64,000 nucleotides of DNA from the human T2T-CHM13v2.0 reference genome, Homo sapiens. The notes beneath the pieces were generated by a model, which saw nothing but the letters and a program-made list of their open reading frames with translations, did not search any database and was not told where the DNA came from. Positions 17,498-36,133 of this stretch are shown in pieces. Each line of letters starts with the position of its first letter. The stretch's first letter is position 1. A program made the translations under genes and the position numbers. Where the stretch lies: NCBI RefSeq assembly GCF_009914755.1, contig NC_060925.1; one strand, written 5' to 3'.

Positions 17498-18239
17498 AGA
17501 AGCCTATTAGACAGCTACCCAATCTCATATAATAATCCATGACTGTACATTCTTAAATTCTAGGGAAAAGTCTCTTGATATCCTATTCTTCTTCCCCTAA
17601 TCAGAACAAGAGAGCTATGGTATTCATTTATTGGGCTCATAATTTCAGTCTCATTAATTCCTGGAGAGCAGGGAATGTCACATTTATATTAATATCTCTA
17701 TCCCCAGAATCTGGCACAGTAAATATTTGTTAAATGGCTGCTGAAGAGCCACAATCCTCCTTCTTCCAAGTTTCTGGTATGATTACCTTTCCCACATTCC
17801 TACACTCCCTTACATTTCAGCTATTCTTATATTACTGGCCCTAAGATACAGATCCTTGACATTCCCAGATTTAATACTCACTAGCTTTAATATTTATAAA
17901 TGACTCCAAAGCCATGTTGTGACCTAACATTTCATGGAGGCTGCTGTGTGGACATAAGGCAGATGACTGATAAGCGAACCTTGCTGACTGCCCAGCACCC
18001 CATCTCACCTTGACCTTGTTCTCAGTTCCTGTTTATATGAGGAGTTACTCACATCACTGTGGAATTCAGATTCCCAGGAAATCTCTTAAGACTCCTCTTG
18101 TTTGTCCCATTGTTTGTCATTCTGTCTAACCCTCCTTTGGAACCCATGGTCACTCTTATCTATGTCTTTAATTATAGTAAGAGCTATTGGGCAGGAGCAG
18201 TGGCTCACACCTGTAATCCCAGCACTTTTGAAAGGCCTA

Positions 18240-18461
<222 letters not shown>

Positions 18462-19898
18462 TCAACATTAAATACATGAATAAAATGATAATTTAAAAAA
18501 GAGCTGTTGGAGGAGGGACCCTCCTTTCTCTGTCTATGAGGAAGGCTGTCCATGGAGACAGAGGCTTCTCCTACAGACCTGAGTGGAATGCTTTAGGCCT
18601 TAAATATTAGTAAATCTGGGCCACATGGACTTTGACTTTGAGTGAATGGTGTACGGGCTAATTATAGCCAGCGGCCCACGTTGGCCTATGACTGGGTTTG
18701 TGTGTCTTTCTGACTCCAGAGTAAAGTATTAGCAAGCTGCACTTGCCGGAAGACTTTAGCCATGGCTTCATCCTCGCTTTAATGAGTAATAAGGCTTTTT
18801 TTTTTCCATTACGCCCCATCTCTCTGACTCCTGCATCTATTTCTCAATGGGTTTAGGTGGGGAAGAAAAGGAATGCTATTTATCAATCTCCCTAGAACCT
18901 TAATAAAAACTACGATTTGTTGAGTGTTTACTCTGTGCCATGCACTATGTTAGTGCTTTATGCACATTATCTATGTATGTCTTTAGTTACACTAAGAGCT
19001 TTTAAATCATCACCAACACAGCAATAGATCCAACTAGAGGCCACTTACTGCTGGGTGCTGGTTGCACTCAGTCTCTACAAGAAATACAAAATTTATTCAG
19101 GCATGGCATAGCCAGGCACACCTGTAGTTCCAGCTACTAGGGAGGCTGAGGTGGGAGGATCACCTGAAGCCAGGAGGCAGAGGTTCCAGTGACCTGAGAT
19201 CGCACCACTGTACTCCAGCCTGGGAAACAGAGTTAGACCCTATCTCAAAAAAAAAAAAAAACCAAAAAACAAAAAACAAACAAACAAACAAAAAAACAAA
19301 AACTAGAATCCAGGACCCAGAGTCCTAGGTGAGCTCAATCCTCTGGATTGTTCTCTTGATCAGCACCAGACAGCCTCTGCAATGGGCCCCACATAGAGGT
19401 GGTGGAAGCCCCCTCCACTCTTCTATTCCCACAAGGTCTCCAGGGGTTGCTTGGCAACCAGCACCCAGCAATAAGTGGCCTCTAGTTGGATCCGTTGCTG
19501 TGGAGTTACCAAGTCTCCTCTCACACCTGTGCATGCTCTCGCTCCCTAATAATGAGGCTTCTCTCCTATCCCTACCTCCCCAGTAAGACTTTCTTCTCTG
19601 ATCCACAATCATTAACTTCTCAGGAAACAAAGGGAGCTCTCAGGGACCTTTGTGGTGAGGGGCTCCAGGCAATAAGGCACTCCCAAGACCCTCATCCCCC
19701 AGAGATGACAGAAATTCCTATTGTGGGTGGCCCTGCTCAGCAATGCTCATAACCTCCTCTTCTTGTGTCTGGAATCCCCTAAGAGAGATCAAATAGGCTG
19801 GAGGAATTTAACTGAACACTTCATACTGTGCTAGTGAGTCACTAAATGCTGTTCCTACACTGGAACCACAGATGGAAAACTTCAGAAAGCAACCCAGT

Positions 19899-20208
19899 GG
19901 CTGGGCACGGTGGCTCACACCTATAATCCCAGCACTTTGGGAGGCCGAGGCGGGCAGATCATGAGGTCAGGAGAACAAGACCACCCTGGCTAACACGGTG
20001 AAACCCCGTCTCTACTAAAAATACAAAAAAAAAAAATTAGCTGGGCTTGGTGGCTGGGACCTGTAGCCCCAGCTACTCGGGAGACTGAGGCAGGAGAATG
20101 GCGTGAACCCAGGAGGCAGAACTTCCAGTCAGCTGAGATCGTGCCACTGCACTCCAGCCTGGGTGACAGAGCGAGACTCCGTCTCAAAAAAAAAAAAAAA
20201 AAAAAGAA
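19899..20208 (+). mobile_element. AluY
   Basis: ggctaacacggtg, gaatggcgtgaa; TSD agaaagcaacccagt. Confidence 0.9.
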
Positions 20209-20495
20209 AGAAAGCAACCCAGTGACCCCTTCCATGTGGACCCAAAGGTAGAGAAAGGAAGGAACCCAATATTTATTGCATTCCCCAGACACAGTATTAT
20301 GTTATCACATTTAGGCCCCCTCACCACCAGCAAACCTATGAGGCTTTAATAGTTGAAGACATTAACTAGTCATAAAAATGAAGTGATTTATCAAAGCTCA
20401 CAAAACCAAAAAAAAAAAAATCACAAAACTTTTGTGTACAGAAGTGATATGTATAAACACACATAAATGTTCCCCCTTTCCCTTTACAATGAAAG

Positions 20496-21480
<985 letters not shown>

Positions 21481-21560
21481 AATTGATCATCAAATTCTGT
21501 AAATTCTAGTTCCAAATCTCTCTCTTCATTTCCATCCCTTATGTCATTTTGTCACTCTTA

Positions 21561-22015
21561 GCGTTATGGACTGAATGTCTATGTCCTCCCAAAATGTGTA
21601 TGTTGAAGCCCTAGATAGTACCTAATCCTATACAGTATACACTATGCTTTTTTCTTTTTTCTTTTTTTTTTTTTTTTTGAGTTGGAGTGTTGCTCATCCC
21701 TCAGTGTGCTTGTATTTGGAGATGAGGCCTCAAAGGAAGTAATCGAAGTTAAATGATGTCATAAGAGTGAGTTCCTGATCCAACAGAATTCATATCATTA
21801 TAAGAAGAGACACCAAAGAGTTTGCACTATCTCTCCCCCATGCCCATGCACCAAGGAAAGGCCACAAGAACACAGAGTGGGAAGGCAGCCCGAGGGGAGA
21901 GCTCTCATCAGACATCAACCCTACTGGCACCTTGATCTTAGACTTCCAGTCTCCAGACTGTGAGAAAATTAATTTCAATTGTATTTTGTTATGGCAGCCA
22001 GAGCAGAATAATACA
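21561..22015 (+). mobile_element. MLT1A-like LTR containing an ~80-bp foreign insert
   Basis: gttatggactgaatg...gttgaagcccta...gacttccagtctccagactgtgag...aataca. Confidence 0.75.
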
Positions 22016-22581
22016 CTTAGTTCAGCCCCATATAATTTACCCAAGTCCTTGCTTGCTTGCTTGCTTCCTTTCTTTTATAGCTGGTCACTACTATATTTGT
22101 TTATTAATTTTTAGATAGCCTTTATGAGGTATAATTGATACACAAAAAAATTCACTTATTTAATGTATACAATTTGATGAGTTTGGATCCAAAACCCTGG
22201 TTTCTTTGCCTCATTTCCATCCACCCTTCAAACTGAAGCCAGGAATTTTTCTAAAATGCAAATCTAACTTGTTTAAACCCTTCTATGGCTCCCCAGTGCC
22301 TATGGTGGTGGTCTCCAACTTACATCCCTTTAAGTAAGAAAAATGTAGGTACAGCACACACAGTATATGTGTATTCTTTAGATTATATATCTATATGTCT
22401 ACTTCTATACACAAGATATTAAAATATATAAAATTAAAATAAACAATATTTAAATGTTTAAAATCTAATGTATTCATGAATAGTCCAGAAAACTTTATTT
22501 TTGCTGCATAAAAGCACATACACACACATAAAAACCCTTTGCTAATTTTCCTTCAGCAAAAGCAATGAGATTGACCATGTC

Positions 22582-22671
22582 ATCTATGGCTATACCACCC
22601 TGAACGCGCCCGATCTCATCTGATCTCGGAAGCTAAGAGGGGTTGGGCCTGGTTAGTACTTGGATGGGAGA
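22582..22671 (+). pseudogene. 5S rRNA retropseudogene, 3'-truncated and tailless (RNA5SP class)
   Basis: atctatggctataccaccctgaacgcgcccgatctcatctgatctcggaagctaag...ggttagtacttggatgggaga matches about nt 1-90 of 5S rRNA; 15-bp TSD gagattgac(c/t)atgtc at 22567-22581 and 22668-22682. Confidence 0.95.
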
Positions 22672-24054
22672 TTGACTATGTCGTATCTAATTAGATTATC
22701 ATTGATTTTACCTCGAAACGTGGCTGACAATGAACTTGTGTTGGGAGTTGGAAAAACACCAGTTCAGCCATTTTCTTTATGCTCACTTGGATTCACTATA
22801 ATCTTCTAGCATAGTCTTCAATCAGAGGTTTCTTTATAGGACTCTTTAAAAGCCACATATCCATTATGAGGTTTCATTTAGTTAAAACTAGACCTTGTAA
22901 TCAATAAATCCACTTACCCAGGCACAAGAAAACCACAAAAGCTCACAATTGGCTGAACATAAACAAAGAAGTGAGTCAGTCCACTGTCAACCCCTCAGAA
23001 GGGCACAATGCCTCCTCCTATCTCAAGATTTTTTGAGTGTAGGCTATCTGACCATCTGATATGGGGGTCAAACAAAGACACTTCTGTCAATCCACATAGT
23101 AAATATCAGTAAAAAATATCTTATGTTCAAAGATTAAAAGTAAGCTCTAATAATTTCTTCAGTTCCCTAAGGAATCATCAAGCATGAATCCTCTGACCGA
23201 TGACAAGAACTTTCTGTTTGCTGTGGAAGATCTCTTTGACCCCCAATCTGCCACCTATAGCCTCTCCAGCAAATTTCTCTCAGCACCCACTCTCTGCTCT
23301 TTCACAACCTTGATCCAGTTTTACTGTATTGCTCACCATGCCCCAAATATTCTGTGCTCTCACATCCCCCTGTGCATGGAACTGTAAGGATGATATCAAA
23401 TAACACAAGTGAAAGCACCTGGCACCTAATAGGTGCTTTTAGTAAATGCATGTTGACTTTCACCTCAAGCTAGTTAAACTAAGTGGTTCTACAATGTTAG
23501 CCAGCCACAAAACCACCTGGAAAATTTGTTATAGCACAGATGGTTGTCACTCACCCACCAGAGTTTCTGACTCAATAGTTCTGAGGTGGGCCTGAAAATT
23601 TGCATTTCTAACAAATTCCAAGGTGATGCTGATGCCATGGGTCTGGGAATCAGTGAACTAGACGACCCGTATAGCTTCTTCTATTTCTAATGATCTCTGA
23701 CTCCTCAATGCCTTTAATAGAGAGCAAATGAACAAAATGAACTTTTATCCCTATATAATATTTGACATTATCATGAAGGGAAATATGAACTCTATAATAC
23801 CTCAGATGCACAGTGTAGAGAAAAGAGCACATACTTTTGAATCAGAAGATCTTGTTGAAATCCCACTTTATAGCAGTGTTGTTGACCTAAGGCAAGTTAA
23901 CTAATCTCTGAGTTTCTTATCCTGCAAAACAGGAGTGTATTAAAGTAGTACCTACTTCATAGTGTTAATTGTGAGATAGTATATGGGAAATAATTTGTAA
24001 AAAGAAAAGTACTACATACAGACTGCCCCAATAAGATATATGCATAATGTATTA

Positions 24055-24420
<366 letters not shown>

Positions 24421-24568
24421 TTAAATACTTTAAATCACAAATTTTCAAAATTTCCAATCCAGGTACTAATTCATTTTTGAAAACTATATGATCTACATGT
24501 TGCTATATCATCTAAAATATGTGCATAATTTATTAGTACTATTGGCAGATACTAATAATAATAGTAGC

Positions 24569-25615
<1,047 letters not shown>

Positions 25616-26073
25616 CCTTAGCTAACATTTAGTGTGCATTTACTATGTTCCAGGAACTAAGCCAAGGACCTAAGGACCCAACAGCCTTATGATGTAGATG
25701 CTATTACAATCCCCAAAGGAGAAAGGGTGCCCCAGAGAAGTTAAGCAATTCAGTCAAGTTCCATGACTAGTAAGTGGTAGAAGCAGAATTTGAACCCAAG
25801 TCTCTAACTCCAAGCCCCAGTTTCTTGGTCACTCATTTAGACAAGCCAACATAAAACCTCCTGGATAGTTAAACAGCAGAAGCAACTGAACCCCTGGAGG
25901 AGAGCAAACTTGTATAAAACTAGCAGAGGGTAGCCCAGGGGCCACACCTGAAACAGCATTAATGCCTGATGCTGTAAGGCCCAGAAGTTCCAAGCTGGCC
26001 CCACCTCTAAGCCCTTGTACTGGCAGGCCAGCCGCTTCTCAGGAAAATCCTGCCCAAGATTCCCGGGACTCAC

Positions 26074-26301
26074 CCAGATCTGCAGTTTCACCCGCTTCTC
26101 GTGACGGTAGACTGTCTTCACCTTGAAGTCGATGCCCACGGTGCTAACGAAGGCTGGGGTGAACGTGTCATCAGCATAGCGGAAGAGGAAGGAGGTCTTG
26201 CCAACACTGCTGTTGCCAATGATAAGCAGTTTAAACATGTAGTCAAAATTCTGGTCAGAGGCATCTTTGACTCCAGTTTTACCATCTGTCACTGAAGCCA
26301 T
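26074..26301 (-). CDS. RAB3B: RAB3B first coding exon (exon 2): Ras-related protein Rab-3B aa 1-76
   Basis: Translates [76 protein letters not shown] (P-loop GNSSVGKT, switch [10 protein letters not shown], Rab3B-type N-terminus). Acceptor ctctcttgcAG directly precedes the ATG; donor TGG|GTGAGT at 26074/26073; 228 nt, phase 0. Confidence 0.98.
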
Positions 26302-28441
26302 CTGCAAGAGAGACCTAGAGTCACTCAGGAACAGACCTTCGGTGTCACCCTGAGTCACCATCCTTCTAATGGTCACCCCACCATTCACACACTCACTCCT
26401 TACTCCAGCACCACTGAGGAAATGCACACTACTCAGAATCACCCCATCACTACACCTGCCCCAAATGTTGTCTCAGCACTGAGGTGGAACCCAGCTCCTC
26501 CCATTCATTCCTTCAGCAAATATTTACTGAGCACATTGATCTGGGGCAAGCCCTGTGCTGGGCATGGGGCTTACAAACATGAGTCAGACATGGTGCCTGA
26601 CCTCTAGGTGGACAAAAACTAGAATAAAAGGTGGGTCAACACAGAGTAACAAAGCAGTAGATAAGTGATAAGACAGAGGAGTCCTGGCTGAGGAAGTCCA
26701 TGAGAAGCATCTCATTCAGCCTGGAGGCCCGGTGATCAAGGAGAGGCTCCTGGAGGAAGCAGCTCCTGAGCTATTTTGGGGAAAGAAAAAAAAAGCCAAG
26801 AACAGCAAACACATGCACATCCAAGGAAAGACTCAGTAAAGGGCTATCATTCTCTTGCTTCAAAAACTATTATGACTCAGGAGGCTGAGGTGGGAGGATC
26901 ACTTGAGCCCAGGAGTTCGACGCTGCAGGGAGCCATGATCATGCCACTGAATGCCAGCCTGGGTAGCAGAGCAAGACCTCATCTCTAAAAAATAAAATAA
27001 ATAAAACATAGAAACTTTCATGGCTTTCCACAGCTCTAAAGATCAAGTCCAAACTGTTCAATTTGACAAATAACCAACTAACCAAAGAGGCAATTCTCTA
27101 AACTTTATCTTCCCATACCCCTTCTCTTCACCAACCTGTGCTTCCCTTAGATCTAATTACACACTTTATGCCAAATAAGCCACATTATTCCTTGCCTTTG
27201 TCCCTTACATGTATTCCTTCTGCCTAGAATTCTCTTTTCCTCCTAAAAGACTCCTACCCATCCTTGGAGATCCAGATCAAGTGCCAGCTTCCCTGTGCTC
27301 CCAGAACACTGTAACAGCCCTTGTATCACTTCAGCACTGTTGGAATGAGCATCTGGGCCTTAATGGACTTCATTCCTACATGTCTGGCTTCCAGCATGAA
27401 TCCTAGCACATAATAAGCACTCAGGAAATGTGTGCTGAATTCATCACAGTCACTTCATCACTCTGGGGCTCAATCTCCTCATCTGGAAAATGGGGAGAAC
27501 AATTTCCACCCTGCTCTTCTCACAGGGCTATCACAGGACTCAAATGAGATAACAATGGATGAAACCATTATCAACTGGTAAATTCCACACAGATGTGAAC
27601 ATATGTCCTTATTATTCCAAAGCCTTCAAAGCCTAGGTCCTTTATTTGTTCACTCATTCACTCAGCAAATATTTAATACATGCCAGGCCTTTCCTGAGAC
27701 CCCAGCCTTCTCAGTTCTGTCACCATCTGCTTTCCTAGAACACCCAAATCTGAACTCCATAATTCAGCACTTGGTCACATGGTCTTATTTAAGTCTTTAA
27801 TTGCTTCTCCTATGTCTTGGAAGCCTCAGGTACCCTGCTTCTCCACCTGAAATCTCCCCTTCTTCTCAGCACAAGGGTACCCAGATGGCTGGATGAGTGG
27901 TCAGAGGAGGGTGGGAGGACAGCATTCAAGTGTGATGGTGTCTGGGTTTTCATTCTTTTTAGGAATTCCTGTTTTTTTCCCCAAGGGCAAAGAAAGGGCA
28001 TGAGGCTGGTGGGTGTGGCTCTTTGGGCCTCTCAGATGAGCTGTAAGGATAAGGAGCTGATTAATGTAGGTTTAAAGCTCTCTTGAAGAAAAGTTAGACA
28101 AATATGTAAGATTGTTAGCAGCCTTTTAATAAAAGTTCCTTGCATATGTCACCACTGGACTCCTGTGGTCTCTGTTCTTCCTTCCCTTTGTTCCCAGCTC
28201 TCAATCCTTATCTGAGACTGTAAGTTCCATCCCTGTATCAATCTGCCCCATGACAAGACTCACTAGGCAAGTGTGGAACATGCCCAGGACACTTGGAGAC
28301 TGAGGCATAGCACTTACATGGAGGAAGAAAGTGAGGTTGGAAGGGAGGGTGCCATTGGCTGCTTAAACTGTCTCACAGCCTTAACTTTTCAGCTTTTCAT
28401 GGTACTAGGTGCAAAGGCTGTTGCAAGAACTTGCCATGTAA

Positions 28442-29627
<1,186 letters not shown>

Positions 29628-30079
29628 CCTCCTCTCTCCAGTCCATGCCTCCAAGATGACAAAGAAAAGAAGGAACAATGGTCATGCCAAAAAGGCCTGC
29701 AGCCACTTGCAGCCTATTCACTGGATGAACTGTGCCCAATGTGTGCCCAAGGACAAGGCCATTAAGAAATTCGTCATTTGAAACATAGTGGAGGCCACAG
29801 CAGTCAGGGACATTTCTGAAGTGAGCATCTTCGATGCCTATGTGCTTCCCAAGCAGTATGTGAAGCTACATTACTATGCGAGTTGTGCAATTCACAGCAA
29901 AGTAGTCAGGAATCGATCTCATGAAGCCCGCAAGGACCAAACACCCCCACCCTGATTTAGACCTGTAGGTGCTGCCCCACGACCCCCACCAAAGCCCATG
30001 TAAGGAGCTGAGTCCTTAAAGACTGAAGATGGACTATTTCCTGGAGAAAAATAAAATGGAAATTGTACTTTAAAAAAAA
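29628..30079 (+). pseudogene. Processed pseudogene of ribosomal protein S26 (RPS26/eS26)
   Basis: Intronless copy: pyrimidine-rich 5' UTR, ATG 29656 ([13 protein letters not shown]...[13 protein letters not shown]), full-length frame to ...PPPKPM*TAA at 30003, in-frame TGA stops at 29779-29781 and 29953-29955, AATAAA 30050-30055, short A tail. Confidence 0.96.
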
Positions 30080-30843
30080 GCCATCTATTTTAATACTATG
30101 TTTTATTTGTTAATTTAAAAGGTAATACATACTTACGGAAAATAATTCAAGCATATCCTATTTGCAAGTATTACCTTTTTTACCAGCTGTAGCTCAATTA
30201 TTATTATTTTTATTTTATTTTATTTTATTTTGAGACAGGGTCTCTCTCTGTCGCCCAGGCTGGAGTGCAATGGCACTATCTTGGCTCACTACAGTCTTGA
30301 TCTCCTGGGCTCAAGCAATCCTCTTACCTCAGCCTCCCGAGTAGCTGGGACTACAGGCATGTGCCACCATGCTCAGCTAATTTTTGTACTTTTTGTAGAG
30401 ATGGGGTTTCACCATGTTGTCCAGGCTGGTCTTAAACCGGGATCAAGTGATCTGCCCTCCGTGGCCTCCCAAAGTGCTAGAATTACAGGCGAGAGCCACC
30501 ACACCCAGCTGCATTATTTTCTTAATTCCTAGCATAAAATACAAGTAATATGAAACCTAAAGGTTTACACTGAAAAGTAAGTCTTGCTTCCATCTCTGAT
30601 TCCTGATCCAGTTCCCCTCCCCAGAGGCATACATGTTATCAATTTATATATCCTTCAGAGATAGCCCTTGCATATATAAGCAAAGAGACCTATTTATACT
30701 TTTTATTTCTATATAAATAACATACCATGCATTCTAGTCTATACCTTCTATGCATATTGTAATAGCTGACATCATATGCACAAGGTATAGGCTAGAATAT
30801 ATGGTATGTTATCATTTAGCAAATCACTTAAATTTTAAAAGTA

Positions 30844-32798
30844 CAATCATGAACTGCATAACAACATTTCAATGACAGACCACATGTACAATGGCGGTCC
30901 CATAAGATTATAATGGAGCTGAAAAATTCCTATTGCCTAGTGACATAGTAGCCATGGTAACATTGTAGCACAACACATTACTCACATATTTGTGTTGATG
31001 CTGGTGTAAACAAACCTACTGCATTGCCAGTTGTATAAAAGTATAGCACATATGATTATGTGCTATACATAATACTTGATATTGATAATAAATGACTATG
31101 TTACTGGCTTCTGTATTTACTTACTACACTTTTTATTGTTATTTTAGAGTGTACTTTTTCTATTTATATTTAATATTTTTTAAAAAGTTAACAGTAAAAC
31201 AGCCTCAGGCAGGTCCTTCAGGAGGTATTCCAGAAGAAGATATTGCCATAAGAGATGACAGCTCCATGCCTATTATTGCCCCTGAAGACCTTCCAGTGGG
31301 ACAAGACATGGAAATGGAAGGCAGTGATATTGATGCTCCTGGACCCTGTGTAGGCCTAAGCTCAGGTGTGTGTATTTGTGTCTTCCTTTTTAACAAAATA
31401 ATTTTAAACATAAATTTAAAAACTAAGGAAGAAAAGAAAGAAAAGGCCAGGTTCAGTGGCTCATACCTATAATCCCAACACTTTGGGAGGCCAAGGTGGG
31501 AGGATCGCTCAAGCCAAGGAGTTTGAGGCTGCAGTGACCCATGATTGCACCACTGCATTCCAATCCAGGTGACACACTGAGCCTTCATCTCAAAAAAGGC
31601 CATACGGTGTATTTGTGCTTTAAGTTAAGTGTTGTTATAAAAGAGTCTATGGCTGGGCATGGTGGCTCAGACCTGTAACCCCAGACTTTGGGAGGCCGAG
31701 GCAGGCAGATCACTTAAGGTCAGGAGTTCAAGACCAGCCTAGCCAACATGGTGAAACCTCATCTCTACTAAAAATACAAAAATTAGCCAGGCATGGTGGT
31801 GCGCACCTGTAATCCCAGCTACTCAGGAGGCTGAGGCACAAGAATTGCTTGAACTCGGGAGGTGGAGGTTGCAGTGAGCAGAGATCCACTGCACTCCAGC
31901 CTGGGTGACAGAGCAAGACTCAATCTCAAAAAAATAATAATAATAATAATAAATAAAAAATAAAAGAGTCTAAGAAGTTTTAAAAATTTTTTAAGTTTAT
32001 AAGGTTTAAAAGTTATAGTAAGCCAAAGTTAATTTATTATTGGAGAAACATATTTTTAAATAAATTTAGTGTAGCCTAAGTGTAGAGTGTTTATAAAGTC
32101 TCCTATAGTGTATGGTAATGTCCTAGGCCTTCACATTCACTCACCACTCACTCACTGACTCCCCCAGAGCAACTGCCGGCCCTGCAAGCTCCATTCATGG
32201 TTAAGTGTCTTATATAGGTGTACCATTTTTTATCTCTTATACCATATTATGCCTGGGTGCAGTGGCTCACACCTGTAATCCCAGCACTTTGGGAGGCCAA
32301 GGTGGGTGGATCACTTGAGGTCAGGAGATAGAGACCAGCCTGGCCAACATGATGAAACTCCATCCCTATTAAAATACAAAAAATTAGCCAGGCATGGTGG
32401 CAGATACCTGTAATCCCAGCTACTCGGGAGGCTGAGGTTGCAGTGAGCTGAGATTGCACCACTGCATTCCAGCTTGGGTGATAGAGCCAGACTTGGTCTC
32501 AAAAAAAAAAACCATCATATTTTTACTGTACCTTTTCTATGTTTAGATGTGTTTAGCTACACAAATACTTACCACTGTGTTACAATTGCCTGCTACATTC
32601 AATACAGTAACATGCTGTACAAGTTTGCAGCCTAGGAGCAATAGGCTATCTATTCCATATAGACTATGTGTATAGTAAGCTATACCATATACCATATAGG
32701 TTTGTGTAAGTATACTCTATGATGTTCATACAACTATGAAATCGGCTAATGACACATCCCTCAGAACATATCCTTGTCATTAGCAATGCAAGACTGTA
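30844..32798 (+). mobile_element. Tigger3/MER7-family DNA transposon interrupted by Alus
   Basis: caatcatgaactgcataac...ggtcccataagattataatggagctgaaaaattcc ... gcaagactgta termini with TA flanks. Confidence 0.8.
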
Positions 32799-32951
32799 CT
32801 TAAATACTACAAAAATTTAGTAGTACCAAAAGTACTACAAAAATATGAGATTTTGAGGCCAGGTGCCGTGGCTCAGGCCCATAATCCCAGGACTTTGTGA
32901 GGCCGAGGCAGGCGGATCATTTGAGCTCAGGAGTTTAAGATCAGCCTGGCC

Positions 32952-33234
32952 GGCCGGGCGCGGTGGCTCACGCCTGTAATCCCAGCACTTTGGGAGGCCG
33001 AGGCGGGCGGATCACGAGGTCAGGAGATCGAGACCATCCTGGCTAACACGGTGAAACCCCGTCTCTACTAAAAATACAAAAAAAAAATTAGCCGGGCGAG
33101 GTGGCGGGCGCCTGTAGTCCCAGCTACTCGGGAGGCTGAGGCAGGAGAATGGCGTGAACCCCAGGGGGCGGAGCCTGCAGTGAGCCGAGATTGCGCCACT
33201 GCACTCCAGCCTGGGCGACAGCGAGACTCCGTCT

Positions 33235-33265
<31 letters not shown>
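32952..33265 (+). mobile_element. Young AluY, AluYe5-like, nested in an older Alu (32857-33485)
   Basis: CpG-intact; diagnostic gggcgaggtgg, gaaccccaggggg, gagcctgcag, gcgacagcgag; pure ~30-A tail; perfect 15-bp TSD aagatcagcctggcc. Confidence 0.9.
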
Positions 33266-33269
<4 letters not shown>

Positions 33270-33490
33270 TCAGCCTGGCCAACATGGTGAAATCCAGTCT
33301 CTACTAAAAATATAAAAATTAGCCAGGTGTGGTGGCGCACACCTGTAATTCCAGCTAGTCAGGAGGCTGAAGCACAAGAATTGCTTGAACCCAGGAGGCG
33401 GAGGCTGCAGTGAGTCAAGATTGCACAACTACACTCCAGTCTGGGTGACAGAGCAAGACACTGTCTCAAAAAAAAAGAAAAGAAAGTAAG

Positions 33491-34117
<627 letters not shown>

Positions 34118-35453
34118 TAATGTTGTCACTCTCTTTAGGAAGTTGTTTTTAAGTTGTTTTTCTACTCTTAATTATTATACATGAAACTGCAGTGAACATT
34201 TCTTTACATAAATTTTTGTACATTTTCCTAATTACTTCCTTGAGAGAGATTCCTTGAAGTGGAATTGCTGGTCAAAGAGTCACTACTAAAACATAAATGT
34301 GATCTTTACCACAATTTCATATCCTTTATCTTCTTTTATCTCTAAATAAACCTGGGAAATAAAGCTGGAAAGACAGGGATTATTATTTCCATTTGATCAA
34401 GAAGGAAACTGAAAATGAGAAATTAAAAGGATTTGCCCAAATCTCATAGCTAACAGCCGAGACTAGACTTAGTACCCTGCAGTGTTATGAAAAAGTTTAA
34501 AATCAATGCTCTACCCTCAGATGAATTCTTAGGTAAGTCATATTGCCTCTCTAAGCCACAGCACTTTTACCTTAAAATAGAGAAAATACCACCTACTTCA
34601 CAGAGCTTGGTACAAATAGAAAGAGTAGTACTATATGTAAACAATCTGACACAGTTTCTCGGCCCATGGAGGTACTGAATACATATTATTTCACTGGCCC
34701 CTTTAATTCACTTCTGCAGGCAAATCTTGTTCAACTGCCCTCTCCCTGATTGTGGCTCCATTATTTGGGCCTGTTTTACAATTAACTGTTTGCTCTCTCT
34801 TCTGGATTCAAGGGGGCTTTATCCATCCTTACATCTGGTCAACGCTAGACCTACAGTAAATCCTTAGAGGGTGTTATGTCTTTCAAGAAACACATATAGA
34901 GCATTTTTCAAGTGCCAGACTATCAGTGTAAATGTCAGATTACTGGTTTTCACTTTTCTGATGTAGCCCAGCTTCACACTCTTAAACTGCTAGAATTAGA
35001 GGGGACTTTGGAGTAGCAGCTTTTTATTGTAACAAAAAGCCTGGCTACTGGGCCCAGCTTTCCCAGTAACTCAGTGTGTAAACTTGGCCTAGTTACTTAA
35101 ATTCTATGCCTCAGTGTCCTCATCTGACAATAATACTTACTTCACGAGGTGCTGTGAATTTTAAATAAGAGAACGTATATAAGTATGTTTCATACACTGT
35201 GCTGAGAAAAATACATGTAGCCTCGTGTATAATCAGTGAGAAATTTGCCTGCCTTTATTAGCTGTGACTGCCACAGATAGGAGACTAGGAAGTGATGGCA
35301 AGAGTAAAAAATTGTTTCAGTTCCTGATCTACCTCCGTTTATCTTACAGGTAAAAAAAAAAAAAAAAAATTGAGGCTCTGCAAAGACAAGTGATTTGTCC
35401 AAGCTCACACAGCAAGTCAGTTGGAGGGTCATGAATGGAACTTCTGTTACCTA

Positions 35454-36133
<680 letters not shown>

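Noticed and set aside
19358-19378. RE1/REST-like tcagcacc-agacagcc
   Set aside because: Half-site spacing is non-canonical and the right half is mismatched.
25837-26442. 201-aa ORF as a complete protein
   Set aside because: Only 26074-26301 is Rab3B; the flanks are intron read-through beyond canonical splice sites.
31092-31603. 126- and 132-aa ORFs in the Tigger element
   Set aside because: Non-autonomous Tigger3 and Alu sequence; no transposase domain.
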